This document shows, one piece after another, positions 1-10,511 of a stretch of DNA of 64,000 bases. Below the pieces are notes generated by a model. That model was not told the DNA's origin, searched no databases, and saw nothing but the letters and a program-made list of their open reading frames with translations. Within the stretch, counting starts at the first letter, position 1. The number at the start of each line of letters is the position of its first letter. The translations under genes and the position numbers were made by a program. This DNA is from an uncultured Akkermansia sp. (GTDB taxonomy: Bacteria > Verrucomicrobiota > Verrucomicrobiia > Limisphaerales > UBA9464), in contig CAYSGH010000010.1 in the NCBI GenBank assembly GCA_964430505.1, positions 13,959-77,958 of the forward strand, read 5' to 3'.

Positions 1-2232
1 GCAGCCACCGGTTTCCCACGCACCCTCCTCGCCACCGACGCCAACGGCGACGCCATCATCTCGGGGGGCACCTTCACCCTGAACCTCGTCGGGGCTGGCA
101 ACGACGGGGCCATCTTCGCCGCCAATCTGGCCGGCAACGTCACCACCGGCCCCCTCCGCATCTATCGCTGGGCCGATGACAAGCCCGAGACGCCTGTTGA
201 GCTCGCCTACTCCGGCAATCCCCTGGAGGGCATCGCCCTCCCGGGCAGTGCGAACGACCTGCGCTTCGGGGACGCCCTGGCCGTGCGGGGGTCCGGCGCA
301 CAAACCGAGCTTCTCCTCAGCGCCCGTTCCGGCCGGTACTTCCTCCTGCTCCAAACCCAGGACGGGAAGACTTTCACCCCCAAGGTCTTGACCAGCGACA
401 ATGCCGGACGCATCGGCCTCGGCCTGGCCTTCGGCGATGGCAACACGGCGTGGGCCAAGGCCGTGGGCCAACCCCTCACCCAGTTCCAGCTCGACCCCGT
501 CGCCGGCACCGCCAAGACCCTGCGCACCATCCCCACCACCGTCGTCTCTGGAAGCGTGACTGGCATCGGTTACGACCCGCAGACCACGCGCCTTGCCGCC
601 GTCAACTACGTCTCCCACACGCTCGCCGCGTACGACCTCGCCGACCCCGCCAACCCGGTCGCCCTCGGCTCCGCCCTCCCCTTTCCCACGAGCAACGGCA
701 ACGGCAACGGCACCGCCGCCGTCGGCCTCTCCGGCGACCGCATCATCGCCCTCGACACCAACAACGGCCTTCTCGCCGCCAAGGTTGAGAAGCCCGTGGT
801 CCCCGACCCGCCCTCCATCGCCTCGCAACCGGCCGGGGCCACCGTCTATGCCGGGGCGGACTTCGCATTGGCCGTGGCGGTTCAAGGAACGCCGCCCTTC
901 GCCTACCAGTGGTCCTTCAACGGGCAGCCCTTGCCCGGGAAAACCTCCTCCCAGCTCGTCCTCTCCGGCATCACGCGTGCGCAGGAGGGCACCTACGCCG
1001 TCGTCGTCACCAACGCGGCCGGGTCCGTCACCAGCCGTGATGCCATCCTCACGGTGAGGGAACCCGTGTCGTCCGCCCGGCTCCAGCCGCTCTGGTCGTT
1101 GGCACCGGGCAGCCGTCCCTACCTCAATGAGGACAACACCCAGCGGGGCCTCGCCCTCAACGCCCTCAACGGAAACGTCCTCCTCGTCTCCCGGTCCGGC
1201 TCCAACCAAGTCGTCGTGCTCGATGGCCAGACCGGCGCCGAAAAGCACAAGCTGGGCATGCTTCTCGGCGATGAAACCCCCGTCTCCGGCGGAACCTTCG
1301 CCGTCAACCAGGTTGGCGTGGCCAACGACGGGGTCGTCTTCGTGGGCAACCTCACCTTGGACGGCTCCACGACCGCGTTCCGCCTGTACCGCTGGGAAAA
1401 CGACTCGCCCGAGTCCGTCCCCGTGCTCCTCCCGGAAATTCCCGAGCTCGCCGTCGCCGAACGCTGGGGGGACGCCATGGCCGTGCGCGGCGCGGGTGAC
1501 CAAACCGAGGTGGCCCTCTCGGCCCGCAACGGCGGCGCGTTCGCCATCCTCAACGTCCGCGACGGGGGAGCCACCGTGGTCGCCAAGGTGTTTCGCCCCG
1601 AAGGCCTCGCGGCGGGCGACGTGGGCCTCGGGCTCGCCTTTGGGAAGGATTCAACGCTCTGGGCCACCGCCACCGGCAAGCCTTTGGTGCAACTCGGGTA
1701 CGACCTCGCCGCCGGCGCGTCCTCGATTCTCCAATCCTTTCCCGCGTCCATCGTCACCACCGCCGTCGGGCCGCTCGGCGCATCCGCCGACGGATCGGTG
1801 CTCGCCGGCATCGCCTTTGAAAACCCGGACAACCTCCAGTTGCTCGACCTCGCCGTAGCGGCCGAGCCCACCCTCGTGGACCAGGAGTTGATCCTGTCCG
1901 ACCGGCCCAACATCAACGGCACCGGGGCCGTCGCCCTGGGCAAGGACCGCGCCTACGCCTTGAACAGCAACAACGGCATCCAAGCCTATTCGCTCTCCGC
2001 CACCCCGCCGGCCGGCCCGGCCGCGCTTTCCCTGCGGCTCGCGTCGCCCGCCGAGGCCACCCTCTCCATTCGCGGGACCCCCGGAGCCACCTATCGCATC
2101 CAGTCGGCGACGACGATCACCGGGGCCTTCACTACCTCGGCCACGGTCACCTTGCCCGCGTCGGGTTCGGCCGACGTCATGGTGCCGGTCACGGCGGAGG
2201 CCGCCTTTTACTCGGCCATCCCGGGCCTTTGA
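1..2232 (+). CDS. Secreted repeat-module protein with an Ig-like (I-set type) domain; 5-prime partial
   Basis: Frame 1 is open from nt 1 ([17 protein letters not shown]...) into the listed ORF 283..2232, whose first codon is GTG. It carries three copies of a module with GGTF-x-(V/L)N-x-VG-x-x-(N/G)DG ... NL ... (I/L/V)Y(R/K)W. The central [10 protein letters not shown]...[14 protein letters not shown]...[17 protein letters not shown] looks like an Ig I-set domain. Confidence 0.8.
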   Translation, partial: AATGFPRTLLATDANGDAIISGGTFTLNLVGAGNDGAIFAANLAGNVTTGPLRIYRWADDKPETPVELAYSGNPLEGIALPGSANDLRFGDALAVRGSGAQTELLLSARSGRYFLLLQTQDGKTFTPKVLTSDNAGRIGLGLAFGDGNTAWAKAVGQPLTQFQLDPVAGTAKTLRTIPTTVVSGSVTGIGYDPQTTRLAAVNYVSHTLAAYDLADPANPVALGSALPFPTSNGNGNGTAAVGLSGDRIIALDTNNGLLAAKVEKPVVPDPPSIASQPAGATVYAGADFALAVAVQGTPPFAYQWSFNGQPLPGKTSSQLVLSGITRAQEGTYAVVVTNAAGSVTSRDAILTVREPVSSARLQPLWSLAPGSRPYLNEDNTQRGLALNALNGNVLLVSRSGSNQVVVLDGQTGAEKHKLGMLLGDETPVSGGTFAVNQVGVANDGVVFVGNLTLDGSTTAFRLYRWENDSPESVPVLLPEIPELAVAERWGDAMAVRGAGDQTEVALSARNGGAFAILNVRDGGATVVAKVFRPEGLAAGDVGLGLAFGKDSTLWATATGKPLVQLGYDLAAGASSILQSFPASIVTTAVGPLGASADGSVLAGIAFENPDNLQLLDLAVAAEPTLVDQELILSDRPNINGTGAVALGKDRAYALNSNNGIQAYSLSATPPAGPAALSLRLASPAEATLSIRGTPGATYRIQSATTITGAFTTSATVTLPASGSADVMVPVTAEAAFYSAIPGL

Positions 2233-2236
2233 CGGA

Positions 2237-3148
2237 ATGGTCGGCTTCGGGTGGCATGGGCGCGACATGACTGGCTTTCCATTGCATGTACGGGGCCCCC
2301 GCCGTGGCAACGGCACCCGCCAGGCCGGCTTCGGACTTCTCGCAGGCCACACCCTCGCCGGCCGTCGCCGCGAGGGGTTCACGCTGATCGAGTTGCTCGT
2401 GGTGATCGCCATCATCGCGATCCTCGCGGGCATGCTTCTCCCCGCGTTGTCCAAGGCCAAGGCCAAGGCCCAGGGCATCGCCTGCCTCAACAACCTGCGC
2501 CAGCTCACCCTGGCGTGGCAGATGTACGCCGACGACAGCCGCGGCTGGCTCGCCCCCAACGAGGCCTCTGGCGAGGTCAGCCTCGCCGGCTCGTGGATCC
2601 AAGGGGACGCCAAGACCGATGCCACACCCCGCAACATCGAACTCGGGTGCCTGTTCGCCTACAACCGTTCCCTCGCGATCTACCGCTGCCCCTCGGACCG
2701 CTCGCGCGTCCGCGGACGCCCCCAGTTGGCCCGCTTCCGGAGCATCTCCATGGGAACCGGCGTGGCGCACCTCAACCCGGACAAGATCCCGGCCCCGGTC
2801 TACCGCACGGACCAAATCCTCGCCCCGCCCCCTGCGCAGGCGTCCGTGTTCATCGACGAGGACGCGTGGAGCATCCAAAACGGCGCCCTGGGGATCGAGC
2901 CAACCGGGACGGGCGTTGCCCAGTTCTGGAACCTTCCCGCCAGCCGCCACAACGGGGCCGGCGTCCTGTCCTTCGCCGATGGCCATGCCGAGGTCTGGCG
3001 CTGGGCAGGGCCCCGCATTCTGGAGGCCTCCAAGGAAGTCGAGCGCTCCTACAAGGCCTCGCCCGATGCCTACTCGTCCGCCGCGCCCACCAAGGCAGGC
3101 GACCGCGACCTGCTGAGGCTCCAGGCCACCGTGCCGCCGCGCCGCTGA
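2237..3148 (+). CDS. Prepilin-type N-terminal cleavage/methylation domain protein (H-X9-DG / DUF1559-like)
   Basis: [33 protein letters not shown] pilin-like helix and a C-terminal SFADGHAE motif. The start is uncertain (ATG 2237 or 2267). Confidence 0.85.
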   Translation: MVGFGWHGRDMTGFPLHVRGPRRGNGTRQAGFGLLAGHTLAGRRREGFTLIELLVVIAIIAILAGMLLPALSKAKAKAQGIACLNNLRQLTLAWQMYADDSRGWLAPNEASGEVSLAGSWIQGDAKTDATPRNIELGCLFAYNRSLAIYRCPSDRSRVRGRPQLARFRSISMGTGVAHLNPDKIPAPVYRTDQILAPPPAQASVFIDEDAWSIQNGALGIEPTGTGVAQFWNLPASRHNGAGVLSFADGHAEVWRWAGPRILEASKEVERSYKASPDAYSSAAPTKAGDRDLLRLQATVPPRR

Positions 3149-3293
3149 TGCCGCACCCGATCAACCGTCCTCCGCGCCGCGCCGCACCGCGCCGGAACGC
3201 CATGAACATTTCTTGTCATCCCCTTTGAAAAGTCGATTGACCGGGCTTCGTCACCCCTCTTTCATCGTCGCAGCGCATACCCCTTTAGAAGCC

Positions 3294-4364
3294 ATGAAGA
3301 CATCCACCCTGAAGCGCCTTGGCGCCGTGTTCCTCCCGGTCCTTCTCCCGTCCGCCTTGCTGGGCCAATCCGGCCTGGGCGTGACCTTGGCCCCCCTCAC
3401 CAGCTTCGGTGGCGGCGATGGCTGGCTCGCCCCGGGTGAAGGCGGCTACTCGTTCCTCGGCACCGGCAACAACGAGCGCGGCTTCGCCTTCGGCAATGGC
3501 CGTCTTTATCTCGTCTCCCGCGCGGGCGGTGTGAATGTCCGCATCCTCGACCGCACCACGGGGGCGGATGTGGGCAGCCTCAACACCACCGGCATCACCG
3601 GCGGCACCTTCGCCGTCAACATGGTGGGCGTTGGGGGCGACGGGGCCATCTACGTGGGAAACCTCACCACGGCGGCGTCTTCACCCTTCAAGGTGTACAA
3701 GTGGGCCAACGAATCCGACGAGCCTACCGTCGCCTACAACGTCAATCCCGGCCTCCCCCGCATCGGTGACTCGTTCGCCGTCCGGGGCTCGGGCGATTCC
3801 ACGGTGATCGTGGCGAGCGGAACGGGCTCCGCAGGTTTCGCATCCTTCTCCGGTGGCAACGCCACTGCCGTGGCTGTCCCAGGCACCGCCACCGGCGACT
3901 TTCGGCTCGGCCTCGCGTTCGCAGACGACAACCTCGTCGTGGGCACCCAAGGGGGCACCTGGCGCCTCGTCGAGTACGCCGGGAATGCCGGCACCTTGCT
4001 CCTCAGCGCCCCAACTACCTCCGCGTCGGAACGCCCCCTGTCCTACACGGAAATCGCCGGCATGGGACTCCTCGCCACCGTGGACACGGCCTCCTCCTTG
4101 GTCCGTGTCTATGACGTGACCAACCCCGCTGCCATCACCCTGCTCACCACCGGCAACAACACGACCGGAACCTTGGCCGGCAATGGCAACGGCGTCGGCT
4201 CCGTCGCTTGGGGCTCGCTCGAGGACGGTTCCCCCGTTCTCTACGCCATGAGCGCCAACCAAGGCATCCAGGCGTTCGCCGTCACCGTCGTCCCCGAGCC
4301 CGGCACCTACGGCCTCCTCGCCCTCGGCATCGGCGGCCTCTTCTTCTTTCGCCGTCGCCAGTAA
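3294..4364 (+). CDS. PEP-CTERM sorting-domain protein, single-module paralog of the 1..2232 protein
   Basis: ATG at 3294 gives a signal peptide (MKTSTLKRLGAVFLPVLLPSALLG). The internal GGTFAVNMVGVGGDGAIYVGNLT...FKVYKW module matches feature 1. The C-terminal VPEPGTYGLLALGIGGLFFFRRRQ is a PEP-CTERM anchor. Confidence 0.88.
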   Translation: MKTSTLKRLGAVFLPVLLPSALLGQSGLGVTLAPLTSFGGGDGWLAPGEGGYSFLGTGNNERGFAFGNGRLYLVSRAGGVNVRILDRTTGADVGSLNTTGITGGTFAVNMVGVGGDGAIYVGNLTTAASSPFKVYKWANESDEPTVAYNVNPGLPRIGDSFAVRGSGDSTVIVASGTGSAGFASFSGGNATAVAVPGTATGDFRLGLAFADDNLVVGTQGGTWRLVEYAGNAGTLLLSAPTTSASERPLSYTEIAGMGLLATVDTASSLVRVYDVTNPAAITLLTTGNNTTGTLAGNGNGVGSVAWGSLEDGSPVLYAMSANQGIQAFAVTVVPEPGTYGLLALGIGGLFFFRRRQ

Positions 4365-4481
4365 GCCTTCGACGGGCCAGCGATGCACGCCATGCCCGGC
4401 CTCCCAAGGCCGGGCGTTTTCGTCCCCTCCCACAACTCCCGCCCTAGCCGCCACCCCGCCTCCCCACGTAAGCTCGCCCCG

Positions 4482-5513
4482 ATGGCGCTCCGCTTCATCG
4501 CTTCCGTTCTCTCTTTCCTGGCCGCCCTCGGCCTTCTGGCGGCCGGGGACGACCGACGCGCCACCGTCCATGTCGTCGAGGACATCGAAGCCACTCGCGC
4601 CTTCGAGCCCGTGGAATCCACCGTCCGCGACATGGTCCAGCGCGGCCTCCAAGCCCTCGGCAAGACCAATGACACCCGTGCCGCGTGGCGCCGCTTCGTA
4701 GCGCCCAAGGACGTGGTCGGATTTCGCCTGTGCACCGCCCCGGGCCCCGTCACCGGCACGCGCCCCGTCGTCGTGCGCGCCCTCGTCCAATCCCTCCTCG
4801 CCGCCGGCCATCCCCCGCGCCAGGTCGTCCTCTGGGACAAGCGCGCCAGCGACATGATCCTGGCCGGCTACAGCAAGCTGGCCGACGAGCTCGGGGTCCG
4901 ATGGGCTGCCACCGAGGAAATGGGATGGGACGCCGACCACGCCTATGAGAACGCCACGGTGGGCCGGCTCCTCATCGGCGACCTCGAGTATTCGCGCCGG
5001 GACCGCGCTGATGCCGGCAAGCGGTCCCACGTCTCCAAGCTCCTCACGCGCGACGTCACCAAGATCGTGCTCGTCACGCCCCTGCTGAACCACAACCACC
5101 TCGGCCTCAATGGCCAGCTCGCCAACCTGTCCCTGGGAGCCGTGGACAACACCCTTCGCTTCGAGCAGGAAGCGTGGCGCCTCGCCGAGGCGCTCCCGGA
5201 AATCTGCGCCCTCGACGAGCTCTTCGGGAAGCTCGCCTTCGGCGTCTCCGACGCCCTCCTGTGCCAGTACCGCGGCGAGGACCGCACCCTCCTTCACTAC
5301 GCCGTCGCCCTGAACCAGCTCCGCTTCAGCACCGACCCCGTCGCGCTCGACATCCTCGGCATCCAAGACATCGAGCGCGCCCGGGCCACCCACCCGATCG
5401 ACGGCGAGAAGCCCATCAAGACCGACCTCTACTTCAACGCCGCGCTTCAGGAACTCGGCGTTGCCAACACCAACCTCATCGACGTCGCCCGCAATCGCCC
5501 CCAGCGGCCCTGA
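4482..5513 (+). CDS. Exported hypothetical protein (possibly DUF362-like; weak recollection only)
   Basis: ATG 4482 gives a hydrophobic N-terminus (MALRFIASVLSFLAALGLLAAG). The ORF is long, with coding-like composition in the correct intergenic slot. The family assignment is tentative. Confidence 0.6.
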   Translation: MALRFIASVLSFLAALGLLAAGDDRRATVHVVEDIEATRAFEPVESTVRDMVQRGLQALGKTNDTRAAWRRFVAPKDVVGFRLCTAPGPVTGTRPVVVRALVQSLLAAGHPPRQVVLWDKRASDMILAGYSKLADELGVRWAATEEMGWDADHAYENATVGRLLIGDLEYSRRDRADAGKRSHVSKLLTRDVTKIVLVTPLLNHNHLGLNGQLANLSLGAVDNTLRFEQEAWRLAEALPEICALDELFGKLAFGVSDALLCQYRGEDRTLLHYAVALNQLRFSTDPVALDILGIQDIERARATHPIDGEKPIKTDLYFNAALQELGVANTNLIDVARNRPQRP

Positions 5514-5532
5514 CCCTTCGCCGCCGGCCCCG

Positions 5533-6435
5533 TTATCGCCGCGCTCGCTCCACCCGATATCCCGTCGGGTCCGCCGCCGCCACGTGCACCTGCGACTCCG
5601 GCAATTCTCGTTGCATGGCACGGGCAACCGGAGCGGCATCTCCCGTCGCAAGGCACACGATCGTCGAGCCCGAGCCCGACAACCATCCGCCCACCGCCCC
5701 CGCACGCACGCCGGCCGCGATCACCTCGGGCAACGCGGGAATCAATGGGGTCCGACACGGCTGGTGCACCCGGTCGTCAAACATCCCGGCGAGTTGATCC
5801 AGGTTCCCGGACGCAAACGCCGCCGTGATCAGCGCCACCCGCCCCAGCGCATGCACCACGTCCGCCTTCGGATACTCGGACGGCAGCAACCGCCGCGCAT
5901 CCGCCGTGCGCACCTCGAAGCCCGGCACCAGCACCACGAAACGCGCCTTGGCCGACACCGGGAATCGCGCCACGCGCGCCCCCGTCCCTGCTGGGGCCGA
6001 CGCCGTGAAGCCCCCAAAGGTCGCAGGGGCCGCGTTGTCCGGATGTCCCTCCAGCTCGTTGGCCAACTGGAACACCCCCTCCTTGCCCAAACCAGAACCC
6101 GTCAACGCATCCAATGCGGCCAAAGCGCCCACCAACACGGTCGTCGAGGATCCCAGCCCGCGCGCAACCGGGACGTCTCCCGTGATCGAGATCTCAAAGC
6201 CGAACGAACGCGAACGCGTCGCACGGAAGAACGCCGCTGCCGCCTCGGCCACCATCTCCGTCGCCCCAGCCCGAGCCTCCTCCGCAATCGGCGACACGAT
6301 GCGGACGCCCTTCCCCGGCACGCGCGTCACGACCACGCGGTTGTAGAGCCTCAGCGCAATGCCCAGGACGTCGAAGCCGGACCCCAGGTTGGCCGTTGTC
6401 CCCGGCACTCGAACGGCGGCGGTGTTGGTTGTCAT
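5533..6435 (-). CDS. thrB: Homoserine kinase
   Basis: N-terminal VRVPGTTANLGSGFDVLGIAL and the GHMP-kinase motif ARGLGSSTTVLVGALAAL. About 300 aa. Confidence 0.9.
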   Translation of the reverse strand: MTTNTAAVRVPGTTANLGSGFDVLGIALRLYNRVVVTRVPGKGVRIVSPIAEEARAGATEMVAEAAAAFFRATRSRSFGFEISITGDVPVARGLGSSTTVLVGALAALDALTGSGLGKEGVFQLANELEGHPDNAAPATFGGFTASAPAGTGARVARFPVSAKARFVVLVPGFEVRTADARRLLPSEYPKADVVHALGRVALITAAFASGNLDQLAGMFDDRVHQPCRTPLIPALPEVIAAGVRAGAVGGWLSGSGSTIVCLATGDAAPVARAMQRELPESQVHVAAADPTGYRVERARR

Positions 6436-6467
6436 CGTTCCCTCTCTCTCCGTTTCCGCTCTTGCGG

Positions 6468-7448
6468 CTAGTCCTCGGCCTTGGTGTCCCGTCCGAGCAA
6501 ATCCTGCACCGCACGACGCGGCTCCTTGTCCTCGTACAACATCGCGTGCACCTCGCGGATGATCGGCGCATCCACCCCAAGGCGCACCGCCAGCTCATGG
6601 GCCGACAATGCGCACGGATGCCCCTCCACCACCGACGTCGCCGACGCGAGCAGTTCACGGACGCTTCCGCCGCGCCCCAGCTTCTCGCCAAACGACCGGT
6701 TCCGGCTCAGGCGCGAAAAGCACGTCACCATCAGGTCGCCCAGCCCGCTCAACCCGGCGAACGTCTCCCCTCGCGCCCCGCGGGCCATGCCCAACCGGCG
6801 CACCTCCGCCTGCCCACGTGTCACGAGCGCCGCCTTCGAGTTGTCCCCGAAGCCCAGCCCGTCGCACACGCCCGCCGCGATCGCGATCACGTTCTTCAGC
6901 GCCCCCCCCAGCTCCACCCCGGTCAGGTCTGTGCTCGTGTACACGCGAAACGACGCCCGGTGAAACCACCCCTGAACCCGCCGCGCCACCGACGCATCGG
7001 CCGATGCCGCCACCACCGCCGTGGGCACCCCGCGCGCCACCTCCAATGCCAGCGACGGCCCCGACAACGCCGCCGTCACCGTTCCCGGCAGCTCCTGCTC
7101 CAGGATCCCGGACATGGTCAGGCCCGTCGTCGCCTCGATGCCCTTCGTCGCGCTCACCACCACCCCGCCGAACCCCCGCATCCCGCGCGCCACCTGGCGC
7201 AGTACCGCCGAGGGCACTGCCACCACCACCCCGTCCGCGCCTTTCAGCGCCGCGTGCAAGTCGGGTTGAAACTCCATGTCCCCGGGCAGGCTCACCCCGG
7301 CCAGCGCCCTCGCGTGAACCCGGTCGCGCGCCAGCGCCTCCAAGGTCGCCGCGTCGTGGCCCCAGACGCGCACCGCATGGCCGTTGTGCCGAAGCACGCA
7401 CGCCAGCGCCGTCCCCCATGCCCCGGCACCCACCACCGTCAGCGTCAT
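6468..7448 (-). CDS. gpsA: NAD(P)H-dependent glycerol-3-phosphate dehydrogenase
   Basis: ATG at 7448 gives MTLTVVGAGAWGTALACVL (Rossmann GxGxxG). It also has GALKNVIAIAAGVCDGLGFGDNSKAALVTRG. The 581-aa ORF in the track is an upstream extension over plsY and was rejected. Confidence 0.93.
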   Translation of the reverse strand: MTLTVVGAGAWGTALACVLRHNGHAVRVWGHDAATLEALARDRVHARALAGVSLPGDMEFQPDLHAALKGADGVVVAVPSAVLRQVARGMRGFGGVVVSATKGIEATTGLTMSGILEQELPGTVTAALSGPSLALEVARGVPTAVVAASADASVARRVQGWFHRASFRVYTSTDLTGVELGGALKNVIAIAAGVCDGLGFGDNSKAALVTRGQAEVRRLGMARGARGETFAGLSGLGDLMVTCFSRLSRNRSFGEKLGRGGSVRELLASATSVVEGHPCALSAHELAVRLGVDAPIIREVHAMLYEDKEPRRAVQDLLGRDTKAED

Positions 7449-8167
7449 GGCGTCCCGTTCCCTTCCCCCGACTTGGCATCCTTGGCCTGCCCCAACCGCC
7501 GCTCTGTCCCTGCCATCAGCCGACGAATGTTCGCCTGATGCCGCGCGATCGCGAGCACTGACAACACCGCGCTGATCCACACCAGGGACCGTTGGCGAGG
7601 GGGCAGGAAGGCCTGCGCAAACGGCAGCGCTGCCGCCGCAAGGATGCTCGCCAGCGACACGTACCGGGACGCCGCCAACACCACCCCAAACACGCCCAGC
7701 GTCGCCACGAAGGGCAGGGGAGCCCACGCCGCCAACACGCCCGCCGAGGTCGCAATCCCCTTGCCGCCCTTGAACCGCAGCCAGCACGTGAAGTTGTGGC
7801 CCAGCACCGCGCAGACGCCGGCGACCAAGGCCGCCTGCTGCCGTGCATCCGTCGCATCCCCGCCCAACCACCGGGGCAATAGGATCACTGCCAACGCCCC
7901 CTTCAACGCGTCCGCCAACAGCACGAACACCCCCGGTCCCTTGCCCAGGATGCGAAACACGTTCGTCGCGCCAATGTTGCCGGAGCCCACGCCCCGGATG
8001 TCGATCCCGCGCGCACGCGCCACCAGGTACCCCGTCGGGATCGATCCCGCCAGGTACGCCAACACCACCAAGCCCGCCAACTGAGGCCACGTCACGCGCC
8101 CAAATTGCCCCGGCGGCGCCCTTCGACGCGAGCCCCGACTCCCGGCCCATTCCGGGTGCCCCTCCAT
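7445..8167 (-). CDS. plsY: Glycerol-3-phosphate acyltransferase PlsY
   Basis: AYLAGSIPTGYLVAR...GSGNIGATNVFRILG...HNFTCWLRFKGGKGIATSAG. The stop overlaps the gpsA ATG (ATGA at 7445-7448). The true start may be downstream of 8167. Confidence 0.88.
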   Translation of the reverse strand: MEGHPEWAGSRGSRRRAPPGQFGRVTWPQLAGLVVLAYLAGSIPTGYLVARARGIDIRGVGSGNIGATNVFRILGKGPGVFVLLADALKGALAVILLPRWLGGDATDARQQAALVAGVCAVLGHNFTCWLRFKGGKGIATSAGVLAAWAPLPFVATLGVFGVVLAASRYVSLASILAAAALPFAQAFLPPRQRSLVWISAVLSVLAIARHQANIRRLMAGTERRLGQAKDAKSGEGNGTP

Positions 8168-8237
8168 GCCCGCTCGGTCTGTCGGCCGCGTGCCTCACGC
8201 GGTGATCACCCATGCCTGTCGCCAGTCGGGACCCCCA

Positions 8238-8810
8238 TCACGGGGCCACCCATTGCCCGCGCCAAACGGCACCGTCCCGCACCCATTGCGCCCGCCGGTT
8301 TCCCGTCGGCCGCAGCCACAGCCAGTCCAGCCACTCCACCCGGCATCGCACCACCATGAAGTGGGCCGGCCCCACATCGCGGAAGTCGATGGCCTCCAGC
8401 GGCGCCTCCAAGGCCGCCCCGGGTGCGGCGTCGGACCCGTAGTTGGCACGCGATGCGGCTGGCACCCGCTCCCATGCCGCCCGCCACACGTCATCCCCGG
8501 CGTGCAACCGTCCGTCGCCACGCGCCCGCCATTGCACGCCCGTCGATGGGTCGTAAAACACCCACGTCATCGCCGCCGATCGTCGCAGGGCCGCGGCCTT
8601 GGGAGACCGCGCATCCGTGTGGAACTCCAAGTCCCCGGCCACGGCGTCCACCCCGCGGAGCACCACCACCCGCGCCCCGCCATCGTCCCCTGCCGTTGCC
8701 ACCACCGGGGTGCGAAGCGGATGCCCTGGGCTTCGGCTTGCATGGCCCAACAGCCGCCACCCCCCGTCCAGCACGTCGCCCAACGACCGCACGGCTTCGC
8801 CTTCCTTCAT
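8238..8810 (-). CDS. Pyridoxamine 5-prime-phosphate oxidase family (FMN-binding split-barrel) protein
   Basis: ATG at 8810 (MKEGEAVRSLGDVL...) overlaps the lnt stop (ATGA at 8807-8810). The VVVLRGVD...LEFHTDARSPKAAAL...VFYDP pattern is reminiscent of PNPOx-like proteins. The rest of the 503-aa track ORF runs out of frame over lnt. Confidence 0.65.
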   Translation of the reverse strand: MKEGEAVRSLGDVLDGGWRLLGHASRSPGHPLRTPVVATAGDDGGARVVVLRGVDAVAGDLEFHTDARSPKAAALRRSAAMTWVFYDPSTGVQWRARGDGRLHAGDDVWRAAWERVPAASRANYGSDAAPGAALEAPLEAIDFRDVGPAHFMVVRCRVEWLDWLWLRPTGNRRAQWVRDGAVWRGQWVAP

Positions 8811-10453
8811 GCCTCCACCTTTCTCGCAAGGCGCGCCCGGATGACCATCCAGCACGCCGCCGCCGCGCAGCCCCAGCCCAGCACGTCGCCATGCCGCGCA
8901 TACACCGTTCGCCCCGCCCCACCCAGCCCCACCGGCACCCGCACCACCACAAAACCCTCGGCATGCACCGAATCGCCACGCTCGCCCAGTTGCTCCCGGA
9001 CCACCCCGGTGGCGTCCACCCAACCGGTCACGCCGTTGTTGGTGCACCGCACCAAGGCCACGCCATTTTCCACGGCGCGGAACACGGCGTTCGCCAGGTG
9101 TTGCCACTGCGCCGACCCCCGCCCAAACCAGCCGTCGTTGGTCAACTCCAGCAGGAAGTCGGTCCCCGGCCGCACGTGTCCGCGCACGCCGTGCGGAAAG
9201 ATGTCCTCGAAGCAAATCACCGGCGCGGCCGACGCGCCCGCCAGGTCGAAGGACACCGGCTCCACGCCGGCCGAAAACCCATCCCCGATGGGTGTCAGGT
9301 GCCTCAGGAACGGCAACACGCCCGCCAGCGGGACGTACTCGCCAAAGATCACCAGCCGGCGCTTCCGATACGTTGCCGCCAATCGCCCATCCCGGCCCAC
9401 TGCGAAGGCCGCGTTGTAAAACTTTCCGGAGTCCGGCCCGCTTCCCTCGTCGTTGGCGCTGAACACCCAGGCCGCCCCGGCCCGCGACAACTCCGCCGTC
9501 ATCGACGCGAAGTTGTCCCGTCCCAGGCCAAAGTCCCCCTCGGGCCACACCACCACCTCCGGCCGCGTGGCCAAGGCCGCGCGCGTCAACCGGGCTGCCA
9601 CCCCAAACGAGCGGTCCCGTTCGGCCGGGTCCCACAGCAACGTCTGCGGGATCGACGGTTGCACCAATGCCATCTGCAGCATCCGGGGCGGTCGCTCGCG
9701 CTCCACCCGTCGCGCTTCCATGACCCGATGGAACCCGCCCCCCAGGCATGCGAGCACCGCCAGCAACGGGAGCCGCACCTCAGCCATCCAACCCCATCGG
9801 TCTTTCGGCCGGGACAGGAGGACGACCCCCGCGCCCGCCAACGCCACGGACATCCAGCAAACCAACAAGCTCAGCCCATGCACCCCGGCCACGCTCGCGA
9901 ACTGGACCAAGGGCACCTGACGCCACTGGGTCACGCCCAGTGCATTCCACGGGAAGCCCGTCAGCATCCAGCCCTTGACCCATTCCAACGCCACCCAACC
10001 CGCCGCCGCACCCATCGGCACGAGCATCCTGCGATGCCACGGGATGGAGGCATGCCGCTCGGCGGCGGACCTCCATCCGTCGGCGGCACCGGGTTGCCCG
10101 GAGCCGCGCACCCATGCGCCCCACATCAACCACAGGCCCGGGTACAACGCGCAGTATCCGGACAACGCCAGCCATCCTGCCACCGCTCCCACCGGATGCG
10201 GGATGCTCAACAACCATCGCAACGACACCAACGATTGCACCAGGCCGGCCACGTACCCGGTCCGGAACGCCCCCCCGGCGCGTTGTCCCGCCGCCGCGTG
10301 CCACAGCAGACCCGGCGCGACCCATGCCAACCCAGCAACGCCAGGCTCCGGATAGGCCAGCGCCCACAGCAACCCGGCGATGGCGGCCACGCCTTGGCGT
10401 CGCCCCTCATGGAGCCACCATCCCCTCAGCCCGCCTGTGCCCGCGCATTGCAT
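8807..10453 (-). CDS. lnt: Apolipoprotein N-acyltransferase
   Basis: C-terminal CN-hydrolase domain: VVWPEGDF, VICFEDIFPH, LLELTNDGWFGRGSAQWQH, plus multiple N-terminal TM helices. I chose ATG 10453 (MQCAG...) so the gene does not overlap the upstream gene. The track start at 10657 is possible but less likely. Confidence 0.85.
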   Translation of the reverse strand: MQCAGTGGLRGWWLHEGRRQGVAAIAGLLWALAYPEPGVAGLAWVAPGLLWHAAAGQRAGGAFRTGYVAGLVQSLVSLRWLLSIPHPVGAVAGWLALSGYCALYPGLWLMWGAWVRGSGQPGAADGWRSAAERHASIPWHRRMLVPMGAAAGWVALEWVKGWMLTGFPWNALGVTQWRQVPLVQFASVAGVHGLSLLVCWMSVALAGAGVVLLSRPKDRWGWMAEVRLPLLAVLACLGGGFHRVMEARRVERERPPRMLQMALVQPSIPQTLLWDPAERDRSFGVAARLTRAALATRPEVVVWPEGDFGLGRDNFASMTAELSRAGAAWVFSANDEGSGPDSGKFYNAAFAVGRDGRLAATYRKRRLVIFGEYVPLAGVLPFLRHLTPIGDGFSAGVEPVSFDLAGASAAPVICFEDIFPHGVRGHVRPGTDFLLELTNDGWFGRGSAQWQHLANAVFRAVENGVALVRCTNNGVTGWVDATGVVREQLGERGDSVHAEGFVVVRVPVGLGGAGRTVYARHGDVLGWGCAAAACWMVIRARLARKVEA

Positions 10454-10511
10454 CCTCGTTGCTCCTGCGGGTCGATGCTGCCGGGCACCGTCGCCCGCGC
10501 CAAGGAATGCC

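Noticed and set aside
7449-8213. N-terminal 255-codon extension of the gpsA ORF (track ORF 6468..8213).
   Set aside because: The recognisable GpsA sequence starts at ATG 7448 with the Rossmann motif. The extension is low-complexity and overlaps plsY, which has its own strong motifs in another frame.
8811-9749. Upstream 313 codons of track ORF 8238..9749.
   Set aside because: It runs out of frame across lnt. Only the last 190 codons (from ATG 8810) look like a real PNPOx-family protein.
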